Part shown: positions 55,964-64,000 of the stretch, in pieces
How positions within the stretch are numbered: the stretch's first letter is position 1
How the letters are laid out: every line of letters starts with the position of its first letter
IMG/VR virus record: IMGVR_UViG_3300021424_000003
Span: 55,345 to 119,344 of that record
Length of the DNA stretch: 64,000 nucleotides
Direction: 5' to 3' (one strand)
From: a virus
Notes under the pieces: model-generated
What the model was told of the DNA's origin: nothing
What the model saw: the letters and a program-made list of their open reading frames with translations, nothing else
The model's database searches: none
Program-made: the position numbers and the translations under genes

Positions 55964-56332
55964 GTGGATAGCGACAAGAAAGGAACCACAGTGGCAGACA
56001 GCGACTTCATCTTCCGTGTTCGGGAGGCGTTGGAGGGGAGGAAGATAATCCCAGACGGGCACACCATCTTTGCCCCCTCTTTCTACTTCCCACACTTCAC
56101 GGAGGAACAACTAGCAGAGGCGAAACTAATCCGTCGTCACAAGAGCGATGGCACTTGGAAGGGAAGCATTACGACAAACGGCGAGCCCGTGGACGAGTGT
56201 GAAGGGGTCTACAACCTTTCGTTCCTCTACTGGGTGGCTAGCGAGCTCGGAGTTACCGAGTCGGTACAAGCCTCAGGGCGTGGCTTCCAAGCACAAGAGT
56301 TGGTCGGCTACATCACCGACGCTCTGGCCTAA
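55964..56332 (+). CDS. Hypothetical early protein
   Basis: Motif promoter; start is 55964 (leaderless) or 55991 (AAAGGA RBS). Confidence 0.7.
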   Translation: MDSDKKGTTVADSDFIFRVREALEGRKIIPDGHTIFAPSFYFPHFTEEQLAEAKLIRRHKSDGTWKGSITTNGEPVDECEGVYNLSFLYWVASELGVTESVQASGRGFQAQELVGYITDALA

Positions 56333-56472
56333 GGAGTCGGGCTGGCCTAAGGGGTCGGGTCGCTCACGGGTTCCGGCCCGTGGGTGCCCCTCACCCCCCT
56401 CCCGAGCCCCGTTTTGGAGGTTTCGGGGGTTGTCTGAGGAAACTGATACCCCCCGGTGGTACATTCCTACCT

Positions 56473-56628
56473 ATGGAAAGCGACAGCGCACCGAGCATCA
56501 AAGACGAACCGTGGTACGACGAATGGCTCGACCACGAAGCCAGCCGAGCCGAGGCTTACCTCTGTGAGACAGAGCCCGAGAAGCCTGAGCCCGATTTCCC
56601 CGACTACGAAGACGACGGAGTCTTCTAA
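56473..56628 (+). CDS. Acidic small early protein
   Basis: Leaderless ATG 7 nt after TACATT. Confidence 0.65.
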   Translation: MESDSAPSIKDEPWYDEWLDHEASRAEAYLCETEPEKPEPDFPDYEDDGVF

Positions 56629-56861
56629 TGACCTACGAAGATTTTGAGATGCTCGTCCGGTCATCGTTCCCCGATGACGGCGACATTCGGTATGGACAGC
56701 ATTGGTTCAACACTCTGTATTCGGTGAAGCCCGAGGTTGCTGACCGCATCAGGGGGACACTCCACGACCCTTTCCACCGGGAGAAAGTTTCAGAGCAGGC
56801 ACAAGGCGTTGCTCGTACTCTCTGGAACGACATTCGTGCTCACGACAGGGTGAGTGAGTAA
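56628..56861 (+). CDS. Hypothetical protein (RYGQ..FN.L..DPF)
   Basis: TAATG coupling. Confidence 0.7.
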   Translation: MTYEDFEMLVRSSFPDDGDIRYGQHWFNTLYSVKPEVADRIRGTLHDPFHREKVSEQAQGVARTLWNDIRAHDRVSE

Positions 56862-57046
56862 TGGGGCTTATCTCTTCTGTCGTCGCCTACAAGGTCGGCA
56901 AGAGGCGTGGTGAACGCCGGGCGGAACGACGCAACAGCGGAGCTCCCGATGGTCCTTACGACCCACGCTGCGACAACTATCATTACTGTAAGGCGCGACA
57001 GGTTTGTAGTGGCGACTGTACTTATGAGGACTTAGAAGATGAGTGA
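56861..57046 (+). CDS. Small Cys-rich protein
   Basis: TAATG coupling. Confidence 0.6.
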   Translation: MGLISSVVAYKVGKRRGERRAERRNSGAPDGPYDPRCDNYHYCKARQVCSGDCTYEDLEDE

Positions 57047-57152
57047 AGAAAAGCCGAAAGAAAAGAAAGTCATCATTGGCGGCGAGAAGAAGCCCCGTTC
57101 CGCCAAGATACAAACTAGGCGTGTCCGGAAAAAGTGTTGCCGGGGTTGAGCA

Positions 57153-57419
57153 TTACTGTCTTATGGGGCGAACGAAAATAGGTGTCTGCTCTCCGACCCA
57201 AGCACCGACAACATTGAACTCGATGTATTCGATAGCCTCGTCGTATGTCATTCCGTCTCTGAACATCAAAACATCGACGATTTTGTTGTAGTCATAAACA
57301 GCAAGTAGTGGTTCGTTTATCCGTTGTGCGAACCCTATGAGTGCGTCTTCAAACCCGTCAGCCAAAAGAGCTGACTCTCCGATGTCGTTGAGGTATTGGT
57401 CTATGTCGTCTCTCGTCAT
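57153..57419 (-). CDS. Conserved-looking phage protein (ADGFEDALIG..AVYD..EA.EY.EFN..GAWVGE.TPIF)
   Basis: Leaderless TATTCT-6-ATG. Confidence 0.75.
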   Translation of the reverse strand: MTRDDIDQYLNDIGESALLADGFEDALIGFAQRINEPLLAVYDYNKIVDVLMFRDGMTYDEAIEYIEFNVVGAWVGEQTPIFVRPIRQ

Positions 57420-57423
57420 ACGG

Positions 57424-57615
57424 TCAGAATAGCGTAGGGTCGTTGTCTTTACCAGGGGCAAGACAAAACTCGTGGGCGTACCTAAACTCTTCCTCAACCA
57501 CAGAATGAACTGTCCTGCCACTTCCTTTGAGCCACACTACTGCTCTCCGGACTGTTGAGTTGGACTTTCTATCTAGGGGGTATCCACACTTTTCGCAGAA
57601 GAACAAATCGGTCAT
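57424..57615 (-). CDS. Small Zn-finger protein
   Basis: CEKC..HEFC; leaderless TATGAT-6-ATG. Confidence 0.65.
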   Translation of the reverse strand: MTDLFFCEKCGYPLDRKSNSTVRRAVVWLKGSGRTVHSVVEEEFRYAHEFCLAPGKDNDPTLF

Positions 57616-57737
57616 AAACCAATCATACCGGGGCTTCGGGGGAGGAAAAAACAAGGGAAGTGGGTACAGCGACGAAACCCACTTCCCTCTAACCGTCTCA
57701 ACCGATGTCTGGAAATACCGGGAGCCGGAGTTCTTGC

Positions 57738-58271
57738 CTAATCGAAAGGGTCGTACCCTCTTGTGTTGTAGGGCGGTTGTCCCTTGATGTTCGGAATGGC
57801 ATCGCCGATGTTCTCGCCGATGTTCTCCCAACCTAAGTAGAGAATACGCTTCACGAAAAACTGAATACTGGAACGGACATAGTTGTCCACCATCGCTTCG
57901 GTTAGAAGTCTAGAAACCTGACTTCCATTTTTCTTTCGGTCTTGAAGCGTCTTTACGACTTTTTCTGTGACGTGCTGAGAAATGAAAGCACCTCTGTCTC
58001 GTCTGAGGCCGAGGTCTATCTCTAAGCCTTCTGATAGAACCGAGATGATGGTCTCGCCTATCAGCGTCGTCACTTTGTCGAGAGTTCTCTTGGGGTGGTA
58101 GACCCCCGGCAGAACGCCGTTCCAGTCCTCTACTGAGTATTTGCCTCTACGCTCATAGAGAACGTGAGACACGCCGTAGTCCTGTGATGTCGCCCACGCA
58201 AGGTCGGCCTCTGAGAAACGCAGTCTCAGGGTCACGTACCTCGGCGGTGCGGAAATGGTGTCGCTGTTCAT
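57738..58271 (-). CDS. Hypothetical early protein
   Basis: ATGA coupling; starts ATGAACAGCGAC. Confidence 0.65.
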   Translation of the reverse strand: MNSDTISAPPRYVTLRLRFSEADLAWATSQDYGVSHVLYERRGKYSVEDWNGVLPGVYHPKRTLDKVTTLIGETIISVLSEGLEIDLGLRRDRGAFISQHVTEKVVKTLQDRKKNGSQVSRLLTEAMVDNYVRSSIQFFVKRILYLGWENIGENIGDAIPNIKGQPPYNTRGYDPFD

Positions 58272-58621
58272 ACAGTCGAATGCCCTAAGCGGGTTATTTC
58301 ACCGGGAGTAAGACGGTCGATAGCGATAGAGGCAGTCTCTAACAGTCGGCAACCTTTCATGTATGCCTCAGCGTCAGGGCCGTAATGGTCATACCCGTTC
58401 GACCACCAATAGGCCGGGAGTTCATACCCCTTGGCGGCTGGCGACATTAGTTTTAGTTGGTCATCGCTTAGCCCATTCAGCCAACGCTCACGCCAGAGTG
58501 GGTCGTTCCACTCGTCACTGTAAGGGTGTGGAAACTGACGGCTTTCGGGCTCCCAGAGCTCCTCATCTCCCGCGCTGTATGGGTAGGCAATGACCTGTTC
58601 GCTGTTGTGTTCGCTGTTCAT
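58268..58621 (-). CDS. Hypothetical early protein
   Basis: Leaderless behind a motif promoter. Confidence 0.7.
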   Translation of the reverse strand: MNSEHNSEQVIAYPYSAGDEELWEPESRQFPHPYSDEWNDPLWRERWLNGLSDDQLKLMSPAAKGYELPAYWWSNGYDHYGPDAEAYMKGCRLLETASIAIDRLTPGEITRLGHSTV

Positions 58622-58734
58622 AGGTGTAAATGTATCACCGGGGGGTAAGAGTTTCCTATGGGGCTTTCTGACGAGGCGCCCGGGGCTTCTGACCCTCCGA
58701 GAGAGAGGGGGGCTTCTCTCTCGGAGGAGGGGGG

Positions 58735-59061
58735 CTACGGGTGGAACTTGTAGAGGAAGGGGAATGAAGGGTGAGACTTGCGGGATTTCCTACGAAGGCT
58801 CTCTATCTCGTTGCGAGCCCACACGGTCGCTAGGGTCGCCACACAAGACGACGCAACCGTGAGAACAAGCCCGAGAACGAGGTCAAAAAGTCTGCCCGTG
58901 AAGTGTGACCTCACGGTACTGATGGTGCCTGCCAGAGCACACGCCCAGAGAGCCCAAGCAACGAAATGGTAGGGAGCCGTGGGGTACTTCTGGTCTAGCC
59001 ATCGGCTCATACGAGCGTCCCACCTGTCTAGAAGGTTGATGATGTTTCTGTCGCTGTTCAT
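58735..59061 (-). CDS. Membrane early protein (2 TM)
   Basis: Leaderless behind a motif promoter. Confidence 0.7.
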   Translation of the reverse strand: MNSDRNIINLLDRWDARMSRWLDQKYPTAPYHFVAWALWACALAGTISTVRSHFTGRLFDLVLGLVLTVASSCVATLATVWARNEIESLRRKSRKSHPSFPFLYKFHP

Positions 59062-59208
59062 ACGGGTTACCTTACAGAGGGGGGGTAAGAGTTTCCGAGG
59101 GACACCCCGGGGCTCCGATGTGAGAAAGACAAGGGGAGACAGGTCGAGGGGGCGACCTTCTCAACCCTTGCCTTTCTCTCTCTGTCTGCCAGCGACAGAC
59201 AGACAGAA

Positions 59209-59493
59209 CTAGACGACTGTCCTCATTGGGATAATCGGTCGGGGGATACCGTGAGGGTCGCAGTCGTCCTCGTTGGTCTCTTGCTGTGGGCAGTATCGAG
59301 GGTCAATGCCCCAAGTGTCCTGCCACACTTTCGCAAGTGCGTAAGCCTGCCCCACCGTGAGACACGGAATGGAGAAGCGGTGGCTGTCGCTACTGTCCCC
59401 AGTCGGGCTGGATAGCCAAACCGTGAGAGTGGTGTCCACTACTTGTAGTGCTATGGGTGTGCCCTTGTAAGAGGCGTATTTGGTTGTTTCCAT
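59209..59493 (-). CDS. Hypothetical early protein
   Basis: Leaderless behind a motif promoter. Confidence 0.7.
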   Translation of the reverse strand: METTKYASYKGTPIALQVVDTTLTVWLSSPTGDSSDSHRFSIPCLTVGQAYALAKVWQDTWGIDPRYCPQQETNEDDCDPHGIPRPIIPMRTVV

Positions 59494-59743
59494 AGGGTGA
59501 ACATTAGTGAAGGGGGGTAAGAGTTCCCAAGCCTCGCCATTATCCCCATTCAGAACCCAGAGGCGAGCCCCGTATTCATAGGTTGTAACACATCACTATC
59601 CGTTGCAGTCGGCAAACGGGGCTCACCCTCACGGTTCGACTCTTGGGGGTAGGGCAGGCGGGGAGCCTGTCGGCAGGATTACGGGTCACCCGATTTACCT
59701 TGCCGATTAGCGTTATTGGGGCACTCTTCAGTCCCCACCCGCC

Positions 59744-59917
59744 CTACGACCTGTTTGCGCCTACTGGCACGACATCACCCGTACCGCAGTCGGCGCAGTC
59801 CTCGCCATCAAAGTACCAATAGTCGCCCTCGACCGCCATTTCGCCTTTCAGGACTTGCCCACAGACGGCGCAGGCGTAGCGGGGGGTCTTGGTGGTCTTG
59901 GTGTCGCTGTTCTTCAT
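59744..59917 (-). CDS. Small Zn-finger early protein (CAVC..CADC)
   Basis: Leaderless ATG 6 nt after TATGTT. Confidence 0.7.
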   Translation of the reverse strand: MKNSDTKTTKTPRYACAVCGQVLKGEMAVEGDYWYFDGEDCADCGTGDVVPVGANRS

Positions 59918-60081
59918 ACGGACAACATAACAAGGGGGGGTAAGAGTTCCCCGCCTATCGCTCTCCCTGCCGAGCCCCGGGTGCTTCGATACGGGTACAC
60001 AAGTGTTTGCCCTGAATGTCGGCAAACGGGGCTTTGCTGTAAGGCTAATGGTTGCGCTGTACCTTGCCATTCCCGGCCTCC

Positions 60082-60450
60082 CTACTTCCAAGTGCCGGCG
60101 TTCCAGACGATTTCCGACAGTCCGAAACAGTCCACGTCTTGCGCCTCGTACTCGTTCACCACGGTTCCACGCAGTTCGCCACGGTTCACCAGACGGACAC
60201 GGCGCACGTTGTAGTAGTCCAGAAAGTTCAGCACGATTTCCACCGCACGGCTCTCACCGCAGAACAGGAGAACGCCCACGGTGTCGCCGTAGTCGTCACG
60301 GATAGCCGTCCACCGGCCTCCGCAGGTGGCGAGGAAGGTGGGCGCACCCATCTGCCTGATGACCTCTTGGGGGTCGCACGCACGGAACCCGGTACGGTCA
60401 CGGGCGAGAAGGTGGATGAGGGTTGCTTGGGTCTTGGTCGCTGTTGCCAT
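60082..60450 (-). CDS. Hypothetical early protein
   Basis: Leaderless behind a motif promoter. Confidence 0.75.
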   Translation of the reverse strand: MATATKTQATLIHLLARDRTGFRACDPQEVIRQMGAPTFLATCGGRWTAIRDDYGDTVGVLLFCGESRAVEIVLNFLDYYNVRRVRLVNRGELRGTVVNEYEAQDVDCFGLSEIVWNAGTWK

Positions 60451-60627
60451 AGGTGAGACATTACGGGAGGGGGGTAACAGTTCCCGCAGGCTCTCTCTCT
60501 CGAGCCCCGCGTTCCGTGTCGCCCCCGAAGGGGGCTAACGGCTCAGGAGGGACGGGGTGGGTCGGGGGAAACTTCTACCCCCTCCACCTAGTGTCTACTC
60601 AACAGCGACGACCTGAGGAGGTTCCTA

Positions 60628-60879
60628 ATGGGCTGGTATGGCGGCGAGTGGGTCAATGGCCCGTGCGAGGACGCTCCGTGTTGTGGGTGCTGTGGCCCCT
60701 CTCTCGACCGAGCCGACGACCTGTATTGGGAGGAGCGCTCTCGCTACGAGGACGACGACCCGGACGCAGGGTGGGAGGACGACGACGAGGACGAGGACGA
60801 CGACCCGGACGACGAGAACGGGGACTACTGGCAGGCCGAGGACTCGGCCTTAGAGTCATCACTATTTGGGGACTGCTGA
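60628..60879 (+). CDS. Highly acidic early protein with CEDAPCCGCC
   Basis: Motif promoter, short leader, GAGGAGG RBS. Confidence 0.75.
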   Translation: MGWYGGEWVNGPCEDAPCCGCCGPSLDRADDLYWEERSRYEDDDPDAGWEDDDEDEDDDPDDENGDYWQAEDSALESSLFGDC

Positions 60880-61127
60880 CCGCAGGGGGGCGAGGCTCGG
60901 GCTTCTCCCCTCACGGGAGCCCCGGTCTCTGTCTGTTTCTTGCGGAACTTTAGGGTTTGGCATGGAAACACGGGGCTCCTAGGGGTATTAGTGCCGGAAC
61001 TCTGCCCACGGGTCACGGCCTGCCGCTAGTTCCTCTTGCTCCCAAAAGATGAGGTCATACGCCCAATGGTCGCACTCGTAGCACGGACACTTGCTCTCGT
61101 GTCCTTCCGGCTGCTCGGGTCTCGGCC

Positions 61128-61619
61128 TCATACCGTGAACGCTCTCTGCTTCGCCCCTATGAGGGCTGCCTTCTCCGGGTCACCCACTCGTCGCCCCTCT
61201 CGGAACCCGACAGGATTACGGAGGCCTTCGGGGAGAACCCACAAGTGGTATTGGTTGGCCTCGTCCACTAGGTCACTCTCCGGAGGGTAAATCTCGACGG
61301 CCTCTCTCTCGTCGCCCATTAGTTCGCTCTTGATGCGTTGGAGATGCCGCCAATCGTGAACGGCCTTCTTGTCTCGCCTCTTGATGGACAGCCATACCCA
61401 CACTCCCTCCTCCCTCTCAATCGGGATACAGGACACTTGGTAAATGTTGTTGATGAAAGTGGTGGAGTGCTGCCGGTACTCGGCTAGGCCATTCAGCTCG
61501 TCCTCGGGTAACCCGGCGGCAAGTAATCTGCTGCGTGTCTTCTCGAAGGGCGGCAGTACGGCCTGCTCCCACTCGCCCCACTCTCTCGGTGCGGTGCGAC
61601 CGTTCTTCTTCTTGGTCAT
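61128..61619 (-). CDS. Conserved-looking phage protein (WLSIKR..HDWR.LQRIK..EA.E.YP..LVD.AN.YHLW)
   Basis: ATGA coupling to the upstream ORF. Confidence 0.75.
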   Translation of the reverse strand: MTKKKNGRTAPREWGEWEQAVLPPFEKTRSRLLAAGLPEDELNGLAEYRQHSTTFINNIYQVSCIPIEREEGVWVWLSIKRRDKKAVHDWRHLQRIKSELMGDEREAVEIYPPESDLVDEANQYHLWVLPEGLRNPVGFREGRRVGDPEKAALIGAKQRAFTV

Positions 61620-61768
61620 AGCCAGTCCACCAAGTCGCCATCGGCAATCTCGGAGTAGTCAAGGTCATTGGCATCGGCAATCGCCTGCCATACGGCCTCT
61701 TCCGTGAGGGGCACGTCCCAATCGATGTAGTCGTGCCATGTCTTTGTCTTTTTCGGGTCGCTGGTCAT
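61616..61768 (-). CDS. Acidic 50-aa early protein (not in the ORF track)
   Basis: MTSDPKKTKTWHDYIDWD..DGDLVDWL; leaderless behind a motif promoter. Confidence 0.7.
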   Translation of the reverse strand: MTSDPKKTKTWHDYIDWDVPLTEEAVWQAIADANDLDYSEIADGDLVDWL

Positions 61769-61962
61769 GGGTAGGAATGTAGCAGAGGGGGGTAAGAGTT
61801 CCGAAACGCTCGCGAGCCCCGATGTCCGGGTAAGCCCTGCTTGCTACCGCAAACTAGCGCTAGCAAGAGCAAGCATAGAAGTCGAGAGAACGAGGCTGGG
61901 GTAGCCTAGGAAACTGTTACCCCCCTTCGGTATTATCCAGCCATAGCCGAGGGGGTGAAATA

Positions 61963-62130
61963 ATGAAAAGAGTCTACCGGGTATCCCTGTGGACCTCCAT
62001 TGAGGTTGAGGCAGATAACGAAGATGACGCTAGTGATAAAGCGTTCGGGCTTCTCCCCTTCCAGCGCCGACGTAACTTTGATGTTGAGACCCAAGAACTC
62101 AACCAAGACGGGCCCCAAGACCAAGCCTAA
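61963..62130 (+). CDS. 55-aa early protein (not in the ORF track)
   Basis: MKRVYRVSLWTSIEVEADNEDDA...; motif promoter and GAGGGGG RBS. Confidence 0.7.
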   Translation: MKRVYRVSLWTSIEVEADNEDDASDKAFGLLPFQRRRNFDVETQELNQDGPQDQA

Positions 62131-62358
62131 GGTCAGGGAGGTCCCTTAGGGAGAGGGGAACCGTACCCCGAGAGTTCCCCTCTCCCCTCCTCCCTGCAAC
62201 TGGGCGGGATGAGTGTCTGTGTTACCACAGCACCGAGAGGAACCTAGCACCGTGAAGCCCCGTTCTAGTGGAACTGCGAGTTGGTAGCTCGGGGCTCCCC
62301 CGCAGTCACCGCCCCCCATCGGTCGGCTCGTGGTCGGCTCGGTGGCAGTAGCAGCACT

Positions 62359-62589
62359 TCATTTGGCAGCACTCCCGTCGTTGTCCGGCTTCTCGTCCAT
62401 CGTCTGAATGATGCGCCCGTCCGCGTCCGTGAGCGTTATCGCTCCGCGTGCCCACAATGCGACATTTGGATAAGCGAGGGACAACACGCGGAATGTCCCG
62501 GTGAGTATCGCGTCGGCATCGTCGGTCGCGTGAACGGTGACCGACTTGCGGTGGCCGTCCAGTTCGGCAGTGAGTGTGTAGGTGTTCAT
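62359..62589 (-). CDS. Hypothetical early protein
   Basis: MNTYTLTAELDG... Confidence 0.6.
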   Translation of the reverse strand: MNTYTLTAELDGHRKSVTVHATDDADAILTGTFRVLSLAYPNVALWARGAITLTDADGRIIQTMDEKPDNDGSAAK

Positions 62590-62647
62590 TAGAAACCTGC
62601 CTCGCCACAGGCGTAGCACTGGTAGCGACCGGCGAACCTGTCCTCGC

Positions 62648-62827
62648 TCACCAGTCACCCTCCAACAGTTCACGGGCATCTTCGGCTGTGCCGATTTCCA
62701 GTTCACCACCGAGGTATCGCTTCTTCGGGCACCGAGCCTTGTGCGTGGACAGTTCACGCTGGGCCGTGTAGCCGTCGTAGGTGAATGTCTGCTCGCAATA
62801 CGGGCAGGTGAGTGTCTCCTGGCTCAT
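62648..62827 (-). CDS. Small Zn-finger protein (CPYC..H..C)
   Basis: TGATG coupling. Confidence 0.65.
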   Translation of the reverse strand: MSQETLTCPYCEQTFTYDGYTAQRELSTHKARCPKKRYLGGELEIGTAEDARELLEGDW

Positions 62828-63087
62828 CACCAGCCTCCCAGTTCGTCGAGGTAATCCTGCTCGTCTTCCCAACGGGCGAGAGCCTCCCATTCGGGAGTAC
62901 CGAACTCGGGTCGGTCAGAGGGGCGCTCCTCGCCATCACCCTCGGGGGCTGAAAGGTAACCCGCCCGATGAGCAATACCCGACTGCCAAGCACGGTCGGC
63001 ATCGGCAGAGCGTCCACCGCCCGAAACCCAAGAAGAAACGAACTCTGCGTAAGCCAGTCCCTCGTCCTCGTAATCCTCGTAATCCAT
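62827..63087 (-). CDS. Acidic early protein
   Basis: GAGGGA RBS; leader contains ACAGCGAC. Confidence 0.7.
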   Translation of the reverse strand: MDYEDYEDEGLAYAEFVSSWVSGGGRSADADRAWQSGIAHRAGYLSAPEGDGEERPSDRPEFGTPEWEALARWEDEQDYLDELGGW

Positions 63088-63251
63088 TTCCCTCTCGCTT
63101 TCTTGTCGCTGTTGTGATTAGGAACCTAAACATAACAAGAGGGGGTAAGAGTTTCCGGAGGGGCTCGCTGCTGAGCCCCGTGGTACGACATTTGGTATCA
63201 GCTCAGCCGGGGCTCCACCGCGAGTAGGGGCAAGGCGTTCGGTTCGGTTGG

Positions 63252-63572
63252 TCAGGCTAGTTTGTAGTGACCGCCTCGTGCCTCGTAGCGGGTCGTTGCC
63301 TCGTCGAGAGTGGCGCAGTAGTCGCCACAGGAGAAAGACCAACCCCTATCAGGGTGGTCAATGGCGTCCCACACGGCGAACGGGTGGTAAGCGTTGTGAG
63401 GTAGATGGCACAGGACAACCCAACAAGCGTAAGTGTCCACGTCGCTCGGACTCATGAGCCAGCAGGCTAGAACGGTCACGGGGTCGCTCATACTTGCCGA
63501 CTGCACGACCTCGCTCACGGACAATGTACGCATAGGGTAGGTGTCGGTTGGGGATTTGGAAGTGTTGGTCAT
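63252..63572 (-). CDS. Hypothetical early protein
   Basis: Leaderless behind a motif promoter. Confidence 0.7.
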   Translation of the reverse strand: MTNTSKSPTDTYPMRTLSVSEVVQSASMSDPVTVLACWLMSPSDVDTYACWVVLCHLPHNAYHPFAVWDAIDHPDRGWSFSCGDYCATLDEATTRYEARGGHYKLA

Positions 63573-64000
63573 AGGTAGGAATGTAGCACGAGAGGGTAAT
63601 AGTTTCGCTAGTGGATAGTTTCAGAGTCAATAAGCGGGGCTTCTCGGGGCAAGAAGAAAGACCCCTCGCCCACCCTCCGAAACTGGGGCTAGCACCCACC
63701 GATACAGAGGGCTGTATCAGAGGAGGACGGTCGATAGCCGGAGGGAGTGTCGCGGTGACTAGTACACCGGAGGGACTGTCGCGGTTCGGAGCCTTATCCA
63801 GAAGGGAGCCGTGTATTCAGTTGTCTCGGAGGGGAGGCGAGGAGCCTCTCTCACAAGGGACACATTACGGGAGGGGGGTAAGAGTTCCAAGGGTCGCCAG
63901 TATGAGTCGTTTCGGAGCCCCGGGTGTCCCCCTTCGGTGCTAAGCACCATCGGGGCTCGGCAGAGAGTGAGAGTGTCCCCCTGCCCCCTGCCCCCTGCCA

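Larger units (their letters stand above)
54298..63888. promoter_or_regulatory. 17 copies of the phage promoter GG(A/G)AACT(C/G/A)TTACCCCCC-N5-TANNNT
   Basis: Minus strand at ~54319, 54839, 55331, 55862, 58640, 59079, 59512, 59934, 60469, 61787, 63141, 63591, 63873; plus strand at ~55930, 56438, 60567, 61909. Confidence 0.9.

Noticed and set aside
54298-63958. Regularly recurring repeats as a CRISPR array or integron attC array
   Set aside because: Spacing is hundreds of bp and irregular, copies lie on both strands, each has a -10 and start codon at a fixed distance, and there is no cas or integrase gene in the window. They behave as promoters.
63977-63997. (CCCCCTG)x3, possible G-quadruplex on the minus strand
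   Set aside because: Only three full G-runs are visible and the window ends here, so it cannot be evaluated.

Overview
A 64-kb segment of a large tailed dsDNA phage (HK97-fold capsid). The host is very probably an actinobacterium, given WhiB, an Rpf-like lysozyme, an actinobacterial-style SSB, a short-arm tRNA-Leu(TAA) and pervasive leaderless genes. Layout: 1-30 kb is a head/virion-cargo module; 30-45 kb holds DNA metabolism genes (NrdJ, primase-helicase, ThyX) and most of the 10 tRNAs; ~45.4-45.8 kb has DnaA boxes between a LexA-like DNA-binding gene and a LysM gene; 54-64 kb is an array of small, probably early genes. Two signals stand out. (1) A >4,000-aa polyprotein, open from base 1, whose domains (sigma70-region-4-like HTHs, 2 KTSC, UvrD-type helicase, DEDDh exonuclease, ArdC) are separated by about 20 copies of a protein-level motif x-[FLM]-S-S-G. 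The motif recurs in a second 2,200-aa protein and is a candidate cleavage or capsid-docking code for injected cargo. (2) A three-part regulatory cassette repeated 17 times: CGGGGCTC/GAGCCCCG, then GGAAACTCTTACCCCCC-N5-TANNNT-N6/7-start, then a frame-independent ACAGCGAC just after the predicted start site. All domain calls come from motif recognition by eye; no searches were run.
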